Positions 9,737 through 18,290 are shown, numbered from the stretch's first letter. The stretch: DNA of 64,000 bases from Candidatus Daviesbacteria bacterium (GCA_016184225.1 JACPDA010000005.1:3590-67589), one strand, 5' to 3'. A program made the numbers and translations. The notes: generated by a model not told the origin, from the sequence alone.

Positions 9737-9769
9737 CAATTTTTGCAACGATCGTTGGGTATTTTGTAT
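9734..9769 (+). repeat. 36-bp direct repeat (downstream copy) overlapping the stop of PaaX-like gene 1
   Basis: tgacaatttttgcaacgatcgttgggtattttgtat. Confidence 0.75.
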
Positions 9770-10539
9770 TAAGATTGTTTGGTTTCAAGCTTCTGAATTA
9801 AGCTTTCCACAGCTTCTCTGTCTGTTTCAGCCAAGGTTTCGATTCCGGATATAACTTCTAAAGTAAGAGGTTTTCGGCTGTGGATTAAAATTTCATCTTC
9901 TGATTCAAAACCTTCCCGTATTTGATTTCGGAGTAGCTTTTCATTGTAGTAGATGATGGTTCCTCGTCGGGCAATGGATTGGGTCAGAATTCCTTTTAGC
10001 TCAAGGATTGACATGCTAGAGTTTTCAAAACCAAAAAGCGGTGGATGCTGCCAGTCTGCCGCATCTTGAAACCAGTGGAAGGTAAAATCTAGAAAGGCAT
10101 CATCTTTGTACTGAGTCACTGAAGTTGGAAAGAGCAGGTAAGTTAGCGCAACAATTTGTGTTTCATCGAGTAGTTTTGTTCCTATTAGAGATTCAAAATG
10201 GTGCTCGATTGCCTGCCATCCAGCATGAGTTTTGAGTCGTCTTCTCATAGAATCATGGGATAGATCAGAAATCTCACGAAGTCTTCGGACCAGGCTAGGT
10301 TTATAATGCTCCAGATTTTCAGCAAAGGGATATGCGAAATAGAGATAGCCACCACTGGTTAGAATGTCTTTTTGGTAAGCTAACAGATTCTGGTCAGTGT
10401 AGGAAGCGCCCCAAGGTATTTGACCGGAGGTTACGGCTCGTTCTAAAAATTCCACACTGGTTCCGTAACCAGCTATAGCTTGGTTGCTAAAACCATCTGA
10501 TACCCAGTGTCTTAATAGTTCGGCTGTTTTTCTTGGCAT
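9769..10539 (-). CDS. Hypothetical protein
   Basis: 256-aa ORF, no motif recognised. Confidence 0.6.
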   Translation of the reverse strand: MPRKTAELLRHWVSDGFSNQAIAGYGTSVEFLERAVTSGQIPWGASYTDQNLLAYQKDILTSGGYLYFAYPFAENLEHYKPSLVRRLREISDLSHDSMRRRLKTHAGWQAIEHHFESLIGTKLLDETQIVALTYLLFPTSVTQYKDDAFLDFTFHWFQDAADWQHPPLFGFENSSMSILELKGILTQSIARRGTIIYYNEKLLRNQIREGFESEDEILIHSRKPLTLEVISGIETLAETDREAVESLIQKLETKQS

Positions 10540-10542
10540 AAC

Positions 10543-11184
10543 TTAATTTAGCTCAACCACCGATACTTTTACTTTATTGTCATTGTACTCAAACCTAAAA
10601 GAAATAGGCTTGGCTTTATTATTGGTAATATAAAGATTCTGGAGCGTGCTGGACCCTTTTACAAATGGATTTGAATAAATAGAGACCCCGAACTCTTTGG
10701 GAACATCGGGGATATTGGCAAAATTGTGGTTAGTAGGGGCTTCTACCGAAAGGCCGGCATCTTTCGCCACCCAATTTATTAGAGAAGCCAAGTGGCAAAC
10801 CCCGTCACCGAACAAGTACCCGTCTGTTTTAAAGCCTTCAGCAGCATTAAAATGGGCATTAGTAGTTTTAACCAGCAGATCCTTATACTCCGCCTTTACG
10901 TCAGAGTGGAAAGCAAAGGTTTTATTGGGTAGCAATTTAAACTCATACCGGAATGGTTTTTCAATCTCATCCCAGTTAATGTCGGAAGCCTTATTAACCC
11001 TGCCTTCCATATAGGCGAGGTTTAGCAGGATATTTTTCTTAAAAACATCATTAACAAACCGGTCCGGCTGGCGGTTATCCAGGGAGATCTGCCGGTAGGC
11101 CAATAAATGATCGTTCCCAATAACTCCCAGCAGTGAGCCAAATGTCAGGGGAATAAGGGCAAAGATTTGTATGGGTTTTTTCAT
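10543..11184 (-). CDS. VanW-family protein
   Basis: 'GDGVCHLAS' resembles VanW GGGxCQxS; signal peptide starts at ATG 11184. Confidence 0.7.
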   Translation of the reverse strand: MKKPIQIFALIPLTFGSLLGVIGNDHLLAYRQISLDNRQPDRFVNDVFKKNILLNLAYMEGRVNKASDINWDEIEKPFRYEFKLLPNKTFAFHSDVKAEYKDLLVKTTNAHFNAAEGFKTDGYLFGDGVCHLASLINWVAKDAGLSVEAPTNHNFANIPDVPKEFGVSIYSNPFVKGSSTLQNLYITNNKAKPISFRFEYNDNKVKVSVVELN

Positions 11185-11260
11185 ATTAGTACAAAGTGCG
11201 TATTTTATCATACTATGGGTTCAAAAGTCAAGGTGGAATACTGTATGGTATGATTAATTT

Positions 11261-11983
11261 GTGATACGGCTTCTGCCCTTTATTTTGGTGCCTATTTTAA
11301 TAGTGGCCGGTTTAGGTTACTGGCGGCTTACCGGAAGCAAAACCAGCTCTCCTGCTGCCAAGGCAGAGCAAGTAGCGGACAAAGGCCCGGTAGAGGTCCC
11401 CAAGACCTTGCCTGAGGCAACCGTAGAAGATAGACTAAAAAGTCTGGAAGATATAGTCGCCAAATTGGCATCGAAGGTTAATAACCTTAAGCCCTCAAAA
11501 TCCGATACTACAACCGGTTCCCTGGATTCCAATGTCAAGGATCTTGAATCTGCAGTCACAGAGCTAAAGGCTCGGGTTTCGAGCTTAGAAAAAGCCACCC
11601 AGGCACCTGCTACTGCTTCCAAATCGCCTTTGTATATTCCTCTTGGCGGCGGCGGCGGACCCTGGGCAGACCAGGACTATAATACCCTAAATGAATACCA
11701 GGCAGCCATAAATTCTGATAACTACTCCGGCTATTCCAGCATGCAGCTGGAAGTAAATTTTAGGTTGGCAGAAGCAGCCGGGACAGGGTATGTAAGATTG
11801 TATAATGTGACTGATGGTAGTTCAATTTCTTCGGAGGTTTCTACTACCGGAACCGCTTTTGGTTTACAGACTTCCGGTACTTTTAAGCTGCCCGGTGGAC
11901 AAAAAACCTATACCATTCAGGTTAAGAGCAGCCAGGGTAAAAACCTGTTTGTCCAATCAGCCAGGATTAAGGTGAATTTCTAA
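11261..11983 (+). CDS. Hypothetical membrane-anchored coiled-coil protein
   Basis: N-terminal TM, coiled coil, beta-rich C-terminus. Confidence 0.7.
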   Translation: MIRLLPFILVPILIVAGLGYWRLTGSKTSSPAAKAEQVADKGPVEVPKTLPEATVEDRLKSLEDIVAKLASKVNNLKPSKSDTTTGSLDSNVKDLESAVTELKARVSSLEKATQAPATASKSPLYIPLGGGGGPWADQDYNTLNEYQAAINSDNYSGYSSMQLEVNFRLAEAAGTGYVRLYNVTDGSSISSEVSTTGTAFGLQTSGTFKLPGGQKTYTIQVKSSQGKNLFVQSARIKVNF

Positions 11984-12044
11984 AAGATGGAATAGATTTG
12001 AATTAATATGGTTTACCACAATCATGAACGAACTGAACTGATTG

Positions 12045-12118
12045 TGGCAGGGGTGGAAGGAATCGAACCCTCGTTAGCAGATTTGGAGTCTGCAGGCCTA
12101 CCACTGACCGACACCCCT
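12045..12118 (-). tRNA. trnW: tRNA-Trp(CCA)
   Basis: Cloverleaf AGGGGTG...CACCCCT-G-CCA; anticodon loop CTCCAAA; T-loop GGTTCGATTCC. Confidence 0.95.
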
Positions 12119-12175
12119 AAACTTTCCAATTGTACCTAAAATTTACTGATAAGACAATGCAAGCTATCGAAGTTA

Positions 12176-12210
12176 TAGACAAACATTATACGGCCGTGAT
12201 ATAAATGTCT
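12176..12210 (+). repeat. 35-bp palindromic direct repeat upstream of PaaX-like gene 2
   Basis: 30/35 identical to 12728-12762. Confidence 0.8.
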
Positions 12211-12211
12211 A

Positions 12212-12730
12212 ATGGGGAAGTTACCACAAACTAAGAAAGGAGCAGTTACAAACTTAATTCTTTTGGCTCTAGAGAAAGCAATTGACGGCTACGTCAGGCT
12301 GGAAGATTTTCTCTATAATCCCGGATATTACGCCTATGGTGATGGTTGGAATTACCCATTAAATAAAGCATCTTTAGCAAAAGCGCTGCAAAGGCTCAGA
12401 CAAGCAGGGTTTATTGAACTTTTAGAAGATAAAGATTTAATACTAAGGTTGACTGATAAAGGTAGAGAAAGGGCTGTCTTGGCAGAGCTTCAAAGTCTGG
12501 CTGGAGAATGGGATGGAAGATGGAGGATAGTAATCTTTGATGTTCCAGAAAAAAGAAGGTCAGCCAGAGATTTGTTAAGGCACAATCTTAAGACCTGGGG
12601 ATTTACACCCTGGCAGCAAAGTGTTTGGGTGACAAAGAAAAATTGTACTGCACCGCTAAGGAAATATATTAAAAATGTGGGAATAGAGGATTGGGTGTTG
12701 GTAATTGAATCAGATGATATTGGTCGTTAG
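12212..12730 (+). CDS. PaaX-like protein (wHTH + Cas2/VapD-like domain)
   Basis: 'WDGRWRIVIFDVPE', 'WQQSVW'; clear paralog of 9236-9736. Confidence 0.85.
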   Translation: MGKLPQTKKGAVTNLILLALEKAIDGYVRLEDFLYNPGYYAYGDGWNYPLNKASLAKALQRLRQAGFIELLEDKDLILRLTDKGRERAVLAELQSLAGEWDGRWRIVIFDVPEKRRSARDLLRHNLKTWGFTPWQQSVWVTKKNCTAPLRKYIKNVGIEDWVLVIESDDIGR

Positions 12731-12762
12731 ACAAACATTATACGGCTGTTGTATACTTGTCT
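12728..12762 (+). repeat. 35-bp direct repeat overlapping the stop of PaaX-like gene 2
   Basis: tagacaaacattatacggctgttgtatacttgtct. Confidence 0.8.
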
Positions 12763-12763
12763 T

Positions 12764-12931
12764 TTAAAGTTTAATTTCCTTATGTTCGGTACTTCGGCGG
12801 CAATGTTTACAAAATTTACTCAGAGTCAGCTTTTCTTTGATATTTACCGTGTTTTTCGTCGCAGTATAATTCTTAGCTTTACAAACAGAACACTGGAATA
12901 TAAATAATTGCCGGTTGCCTTTTTTAGCCAT
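12764..12931 (-). CDS. rpmG: 50S ribosomal protein L33 (Zn-ribbon form; absent from the ORF track)
   Basis: Manual translation MAKKGNRQLFIFQCSVCKAKNYTATKN...KFCKHCRRSTEHKEIKL; lies upstream of trnW. Confidence 0.92.
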   Translation of the reverse strand: MAKKGNRQLFIFQCSVCKAKNYTATKNTVNIKEKLTLSKFCKHCRRSTEHKEIKL

Positions 12932-12933
12932 AC

Positions 12934-13374
12934 GACTTAATACATAATACTAAATACTAAAGACTTAGGATTTTAGCTTTCTGCTAAAGCCATAAAGTCT
13001 TTTAACAATAGATTCGCATTTTAACATAAATTTCTGATGTGTTGAAGTATTAATATATTTTAGATCGAAACTAATATCTAATATGGCTACGATCTCACTT
13101 ACTGAACCTATCGAAATCATCAAAAATCGATTAAACTCTGCATCAGATCTCTTCATGGATCCTTCAGCTAGGTTAAGTAATACGGAAGTAGAAGCCCTTC
13201 TCAGTTGAGAAGCTAATTCAAATTGTTCTTGTTTTGGCAACTTGCTGCACAGTTGGTAAATCTCTTTTACAAAGCTACGAATATCTTGATAAATGGAGAA
13301 ATCTCTGAATCTAAATGACATTTGTATCAGGTATTAAGTATTTAAGTTAGGCTTTAGGTCTTAAGTCTTAAGTC
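12934..13374. mobile_element. Four-helix-bundle cassette with inverted heptamer arms (family C, TAAGTAT/ATACTTA)
   Basis: Left arm 12934-12967 gacttaatacataatactaaatactaaagactta; right arm 13324-13374 gtatcaggtattaagtatttaag...ggtcttaagtcttaagtc. Confidence 0.6.
12965..13321 (-). CDS. Four helix bundle protein (23S rRNA IVS protein / Avd-like family)
   Basis: 'LPKQEQFELASQLRRASTSVLLNLAEG...F.RFL.I..GS..E'. Confidence 0.9.
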   Translation of the reverse strand: MSFRFRDFSIYQDIRSFVKEIYQLCSKLPKQEQFELASQLRRASTSVLLNLAEGSMKRSDAEFNRFLMISIGSVSEIVAILDISFDLKYINTSTHQKFMLKCESIVKRLYGFSRKLKS

Positions 13375-13381
13375 AATTCTG

Positions 13382-13453
13382 AGCCGACAGCGGGAATTGA
13401 ACCCGCGACCCCGTTCTTACCAAGAACGTGCTCTACCACTGAGCCATGTCGGC
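13382..13453 (-). tRNA. trnT: tRNA-Thr(GGT), CCA not encoded
   Basis: GCCGACA...TGTCGGC-T; anticodon loop TTGGTAA; GGTTCAATTCC. Confidence 0.93.
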
Positions 13454-13464
13454 ACAAATAACCT

Positions 13465-13575
13465 CAAGAACGTGCTCTTCCTGGGTGAATTTCATTATTA
13501 TATTTCTGCTTCGCAGATAAAATGTTATTCACCCGTTCCGACACTTTATGTCGGAACCCACTGAGCCATGTCGGC
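13465..13575 (-). pseudogene. Duplicated 5' half of tRNA-Thr(GGT) with a 79-nt structured insertion in the D-loop
   Basis: caagaacgtgctct [13479-13557] ccactgagccatgtcggc matches 13421-13453 apart from the insert. Confidence 0.75.
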
Positions 13576-13577
13576 AA

Positions 13578-13652
13578 TGGAGCCGAGACCGGGATTTGAA
13601 CCCGGGACCTACTGTTTACAAAACAGTTGCTCTACCACTGAGCTATCTCGGC
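13578..13652 (-). tRNA. trnT: tRNA-Thr(TGT)
   Basis: GCCGAGA...TCTCGGC-T-CCA; anticodon loop TTTGTAA. Confidence 0.95.
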
Positions 13653-13669
13653 ACAGGGTATATTTTACC

Positions 13670-13706
13670 AAGTTTAAAGTTTAAAGTGCAAAGTTTAAAA
13701 TGGAAA
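13670..13706. repeat. Heptamer array (AAAGTGC/AAAGTTT family D)
   Basis: aagtttaaagtttaaagtgcaaagtttaaaatggaaa; same unit inside topA, pyrG and thyA. Confidence 0.65.
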
Positions 13707-13844
13707 TTTAACAAATAGAGGTAGAAATGGACTTTTCTGTCTACAGAGTCCATTTAGAAGTATTAGGTCGATCAGAAAATGTCCAAAACAAAAAAATATA
13801 CTTCCTTCGGAAGACTATTTTCTCTCTAACGTTCGAAAATAATT

Positions 13845-14001
13845 CCTCCCTACCATAGTCGTCAGCCAAATTTTCTCCTCAGGAAACCTAAGGTGGGTAT
13901 CCTGTCACGTTCATGTAAACTGAACGTGAACTCCGGATTCCCGTAAAGTATCAAATCAGTGAAGAAAAATATTTTGGCTTTAAACGTGCTAAGTAGGGAT
14001 G
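13845..14001 (-). ncRNA. ssrS: Probable 6S RNA
   Basis: Long rod on the minus strand (tccctac/gtaggga, agccaaa/tttggct, gggaatcc/ggataccc, tcacgttca/tgaacgtga) with a central bubble and 6S-like TTTGA...GGGA...GGATACCCACC motifs. Confidence 0.6.
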
Positions 14002-14056
14002 CCTTTTTAGGCAGTCCTTCAGGCCATCTACTTATTATGTCCTTTAGGATAATTTA

Positions 14057-14085
14057 ATAGTAATACTGATGGTTTTATTTGTCAA
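14057..14085 (-). promoter_or_regulatory. Sigma70 promoter for the 6S/tRNA cluster
   Basis: Minus strand TTGACA-N17-TACTAT. Confidence 0.6.
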
Positions 14086-14114
14086 GTCGTCCAGCCTTAA
14101 GATATACTGTTTGG

Positions 14115-15290
14115 ATGGAAAAAGCTCGGAGGCCGCATTTGTTTTTTATCTACTTAGCCATCTTTGTCAATATTTTAGGGTTCGGGATGATTTTTCCGCT
14201 GCTGCCTTTCTATGCGCAACAATTCAATGCCAATGAGACTACAATCGGGCTTTTGGCAGCCAGTTTTGCCATAGCGCAATTTATCCTGTCTCCGATTTGG
14301 GGCAGGCTTTCCGATAGATACGGCAGGAAACCAATTATCGCGATTGCCCTCTTGGGTTTAAGCTTCTCTTTCCTGCTTTTTGGCCTGTCAAACAGCCTAC
14401 CTTGGCTTTTTGTTTCCAGGATCTTGCAAGGTATCTTCTCAGGAGCAGCCATGCCTGTAGCGCAAGCATATGTGGCTGATGTGACTACTAAAGAGAACCG
14501 GATCAAAGGCATGGGTAACTTGGGAGCATCTTTGGCAGCCGGTTTTATCTTTGGCCCGGGGATGGGCGGGGTTTTATCGGGAGTCCACCTGTCATTCCCA
14601 TTTTTCGTGGCTTCAGTTTTAGCACTTTTGAACCTGATATCAGTACTTATATTTTTGCCCGAATCTTTAAGCCAAAAAGCAGAGAAGTTTTTGATCAAAG
14701 AAGGTTTTTTTAATATCAAACATATGTACCAGGGTTTATACGGAGAACTTGGATCGTTCTTTATTCTGGCTTTCTTTTGGTCTTTTGCTCTTACCAATAA
14801 TGAGGTGGCAGTGCCGCTTTTTGGTATGGAAAAATTGAATTTGTCTGTTTCAACAATCGGCTACTTTTTCTCTGCCCAAGGGCTTTTGGCCATGTTCATG
14901 CAGTCCATTTTAATCTACAGAATTACTCATATCTTCGGTGAACGCAGAACCGTTGTTTTAGGGTTATCCATTATGGCTCTGGGTTTATTTTTAGTGCCTT
15001 TTGCCAAAATTCCGGTATTCCTGTTAAGTTTCATGGTCTTGATGACTTTGGGATCTTCGATGACCAGGCCAACCTTGGCCACACTGGTTTCCAAGGAGAC
15101 TCACGAAGGACAGGGAACCACCATGGGAATCTTTACTTCATTTGAATCATTAGGCAGGGTTTTTGGACCTTTACTGGGAGGTTGGCTTTTTTCTACATTT
15201 GATTTTCACTCACCTTTTACCGTATCTGCCATTTTAATCCTGATAACTTTGCTCTTTGTGGTGCAGATTAAAGGATTTTTCCGGGGTTGA
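14115..15290 (+). CDS. MFS transporter (TetA/DHA1-like)
   Basis: Motif A 'GRLSDRYGRKP'; 12 TM. Confidence 0.9.
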   Translation: MEKARRPHLFFIYLAIFVNILGFGMIFPLLPFYAQQFNANETTIGLLAASFAIAQFILSPIWGRLSDRYGRKPIIAIALLGLSFSFLLFGLSNSLPWLFVSRILQGIFSGAAMPVAQAYVADVTTKENRIKGMGNLGASLAAGFIFGPGMGGVLSGVHLSFPFFVASVLALLNLISVLIFLPESLSQKAEKFLIKEGFFNIKHMYQGLYGELGSFFILAFFWSFALTNNEVAVPLFGMEKLNLSVSTIGYFFSAQGLLAMFMQSILIYRITHIFGERRTVVLGLSIMALGLFLVPFAKIPVFLLSFMVLMTLGSSMTRPTLATLVSKETHEGQGTTMGIFTSFESLGRVFGPLLGGWLFSTFDFHSPFTVSAILILITLLFVVQIKGFFRG

Positions 15291-15326
15291 CAAAAATATC
15301 TTGGCAAAAAGTTGTATAATAAAGTC

Positions 15327-15515
15327 ATGAAAGCAGATATCCTATTAAAATATGAGAATAAATGGGTAGCCCTAAGCAAAAGTAGAGATAAAGTTCTTTA
15401 CGCGGCTCCGTCAATAGATTCTTTGCTTAAAAAAATCTCCGGAAGAAAGAAGAAAGAAGTTATCCTGCATTTTGTACCGCCTTTTGATGGCACTCTTTCT
15501 TTATGGCTAAGATAA
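15327..15515 (+). CDS. Small DUF5678-like protein
   Basis: 'KYENKWVAL' pattern; overlaps a retropepsin-like gene. Confidence 0.55.
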   Translation: MKADILLKYENKWVALSKSRDKVLYAAPSIDSLLKKISGRKKKEVILHFVPPFDGTLSLWLR

Positions 15516-15976
15516 CCGGCTACTCATATATTCCTCAAGTCTACCAAAATCCAAATATCAATCAGTTTGTCCAAGTCTACCTGCCCATGATTCCTGTTAG
15601 ATTATCTTACGCCTGGGGACAATTGTCCCCATTTTTTGACGCGGTGATAGATTCCGGATCTGATAGAAATCTGTTCCCCATGATGCTTGCCAGATATATT
15701 GGAATTGAGTTTGGAAAAATAAAATCTAATAAAGTCTACGGCATCGGCCAGGGCTATATTCAGGTTTACCCGGCAAAAATAAATATCTGGCTGGGAAACA
15801 ACAAGTACGAGACAGATGCAGACTTTAGCGATAACCAGAGTATCCCTATATTAGGTAGAAATGGATTTTTCAATCTTTTTAAATCCATCAAGTTTGATGA
15901 AAAAGGCCAGTTTGTTTATTATAGAAGAGTAATGATTTCGTTAGAAGGATCTAGCTGGTTTATCGTCAAAATTTGA
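15503..15976 (+). CDS. Retropepsin-like aspartyl protease
   Basis: 'AVIDSGSD' catalytic motif and 'ILGRNGFF'. Confidence 0.75.
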   Translation: MAKITGYSYIPQVYQNPNINQFVQVYLPMIPVRLSYAWGQLSPFFDAVIDSGSDRNLFPMMLARYIGIEFGKIKSNKVYGIGQGYIQVYPAKINIWLGNNKYETDADFSDNQSIPILGRNGFFNLFKSIKFDEKGQFVYYRRVMISLEGSSWFIVKI

Positions 15977-16010
15977 CTTTGAACTGTCGTTTCGGTAAAC
16001 TATAGGTTCT

Positions 16011-17177
16011 ATGATTAGTTCAGTGGAAAGACCTTTGTGGATTCCCATGCAAGAAATGGTTTCCCCGGGCAGTATCGGTGAAGAACTCCTGAAAGAGATT
16101 CCTGGTTTGGGAGAACGTCTTCGTCCGGAAACGATTTTAGGACAACCTTTAAAACCATCTCTATTTGTACCGGAAAACCCCGGTCTTGCTACTTATGCGG
16201 ATATCTTAGGGCTTTCGGCTGAGGAGTTTGCCAAATTCAATCCGAGACTTAAGTTATCAGAAAAATTAGATATTTATCTTAAGAACCTTTCGATTCTTCC
16301 GCACAGCAGACTTTTAGCAGCAATTTACGGTTTACCGCTATTTCCGGCTCCGCCGGATCGGGAACAGGAGATTGTTGAAGGCGTAGAAGATGCGTTTTAT
16401 AAGATGCCTTATCAAACGGCAGTTCCTGTTTTAGTGTTGCGTTTTGGCTTACATGATGGATTCCGGCGAAGCCCAGAAGAAACAGGTAGACAGCTTGAGC
16501 GATCCGTAACTAGAGCAAGAGTTCGGCAGGTAGAAGGAGAAGGCTTGAGATATTTACGTCATGAAACCCGTATAAAAGAATATCTTATATTACCGGAGGC
16601 CAGTTTGGGAAAAGAAATTTTTGGAGCTGTCCTGGTCAATAATTTACCCGACTTAAACGGGAGAGTCTCTACACAAGCTTTAAAGCTGCCAGCTGGTATC
16701 ATTAGGGAAGCAAGCTACTTGTTCAACAGGGTTTTATCTATAGAAGATTTAGTAATTGAGGATTTAAGTAGAGCTGAAAATCCAATCCCCGAAGAGGTAA
16801 AGCATGAGGTTTCTTTGGTTTTACAAAGAAGAGTAAGAGAGGTAGCGGATAAGCGTATAATAGCAGCCGAGCAGAGAGTTCAAGTTGAAACGGTAGCCAA
16901 AGCAGCAAAAGACAACGAGAGACGATCACAAGTAGAAGAACCAAAAGACAATTTTATCTCTGAATATAAATTAACCCTTTTGCAACTTGAAAGAGCTGAT
17001 GAGATGCCGCTTACAAATCTGGGGTTAACCACGCGCTCGCGTAATGCCCTAAAGAGGGCTGGTATTAAAACTGTTGGCGCATTGCTGAGAATGAATAGAC
17101 AAGATCTTCAAGGTATCCGAAATGTGGGTATTAAATTAGGAGCAGAGATCGTATCTAGAATCCCAATAAATTACTAA
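16011..17177 (+). CDS. Protein with sigma70 region-4-like HTH and C-terminal RNAP alpha-CTD-like domain
   Basis: 'VLVLRFGL...VTRARVRQVEGEGLRYLRH' and 'LGLTTRSRNALKRAGIKTVGALL...IRNVGIK'. Confidence 0.7.
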   Translation: MISSVERPLWIPMQEMVSPGSIGEELLKEIPGLGERLRPETILGQPLKPSLFVPENPGLATYADILGLSAEEFAKFNPRLKLSEKLDIYLKNLSILPHSRLLAAIYGLPLFPAPPDREQEIVEGVEDAFYKMPYQTAVPVLVLRFGLHDGFRRSPEETGRQLERSVTRARVRQVEGEGLRYLRHETRIKEYLILPEASLGKEIFGAVLVNNLPDLNGRVSTQALKLPAGIIREASYLFNRVLSIEDLVIEDLSRAENPIPEEVKHEVSLVLQRRVREVADKRIIAAEQRVQVETVAKAAKDNERRSQVEEPKDNFISEYKLTLLQLERADEMPLTNLGLTTRSRNALKRAGIKTVGALLRMNRQDLQGIRNVGIKLGAEIVSRIPINY

Positions 17178-17790
17178 ACAATCCTACTAAAAATCCCAGG
17201 ATGGTTGTGAGTAGGGAACCGCGACCGAAAGGTACCATTAATAATATTAAAAGAATGAAAAAGCCATACGGCTCAATTCTCTGGTAGGTTTTTGCCAGGT
17301 TATATGGCAGCTGTGACAGAAGTATCTTTGACCCGTCCAAAGGGGGAATGGGGAATAGATTAAAAATCCCCAAAACCAGGTTAATTAAGACAGTGAAGCG
17401 AAGAAGTGAGCCCACAATGGCCGGAAAAGTTTGCGGCAGGGCATTTAAAAGATGATAAATTAAGGCAGCTGCAATGGCCAGACTGAAATTAGCCAAAATT
17501 CCGGCTGCAGAAACCATTAGTTCCCCTTTCCTTAAATTGGAAAAATTCAAAGGATTAACCGGCACAGGCTTGGCCCAGCCAAAAAGTATTGGTGAGCCGG
17601 TAAAAATGAGGAGTGCTGGCAAGAGGATTGTCCCAAACAGGTCAATATGGGGGAGAGGATTTAAGGTCAGTCTGCCGGCACGTTCTGCTGTATGGTCGCC
17701 AAATTTTAAAGCCACTATCCCATGCATGACTTCATGGATAATGACTGAAAAAAGTAGAATTATGATAGATATGGCAAAAAACTCAGGCAT
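17155..17790 (-). CDS. Site-2 protease family (M50) zinc metalloprotease
   Basis: HEVMH and 'FNLFPIPPLDG'; start at ATG 17790. Confidence 0.9.
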   Translation of the reverse strand: MPEFFAISIIILLFSVIIHEVMHGIVALKFGDHTAERAGRLTLNPLPHIDLFGTILLPALLIFTGSPILFGWAKPVPVNPLNFSNLRKGELMVSAAGILANFSLAIAAALIYHLLNALPQTFPAIVGSLLRFTVLINLVLGIFNLFPIPPLDGSKILLSQLPYNLAKTYQRIEPYGFFILLILLMVPFGRGSLLTTILGFLVGLFSNLLGF

Positions 17791-17793
17791 GAT

Positions 17794-18290
17794 TACGATT
17801 GTATATACACTTGTTAATACATAGTTTATACGATTGTCATACAATTGTCACTCAACTGATTTTGATCTTTTAATAATCACTGATATGAAATTGTTTAACT
17901 TCACTTCTAAGTTTTTCAGGTCTTTCAGTATTTGAGAATATTCCTCATATTTACTTTTTGGTATTTGCCCTAGTTTTTCAGCAACTAGCAGGTGCGAGCG
18001 TGATTCCTGTAAAGATCCACGGGCATTGTATAAAAACTTTACAGAATCCTTATAATGAAATCTTCCAAAACTTTCTGCTATGTTTGCTGAAATGGAGACG
18101 ATAGCGCGTTTTAATTGATCTATGATTCCATATTTTTCTTCCTTAGGAAAAAACGAGAGTAATTGGTAAATCTTCACTGCTAACTCTACGGATAGCTGCC
18201 AGACTTCTAAATCCTCAAAGCTTTTGATTGTGGCCATTTTACAATTGTATCAACAACTGTGTAACTATGGTATAACCATTGTGTAACTAC
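17794..18290. mobile_element. Four-helix-bundle cassette with inverted 11-12-mer arms (family E, TACAATTGT-like)
   Basis: Left tacgattgtata/tacacttgttaa/tacatagttta/tacgattgtca/tacaattgtca; right acaattgtatca/acaactgtgta/actatggtata/accattgtgta. Confidence 0.55.
17848..18237 (-). CDS. Four helix bundle protein (IVS/Avd-like)
   Basis: 'SFEDLEVWQ...FPKEEKYGIIDQLKRAIVSISANIAE...ARGSLQE'. Confidence 0.92.
   Translation of the reverse strand: MATIKSFEDLEVWQLSVELAVKIYQLLSFFPKEEKYGIIDQLKRAIVSISANIAESFGRFHYKDSVKFLYNARGSLQESRSHLLVAEKLGQIPKSKYEEYSQILKDLKNLEVKLNNFISVIIKRSKSVE

Noticed and set aside
13720-14050. tmRNA, RNase P RNA or plus-strand T-box (aaggtgggtatcc)
   Set aside because: No tRNA-like ends or T-loop, no GAGGAAAGTCC motif and no terminator; a 6S-like rod on the minus strand fits better.
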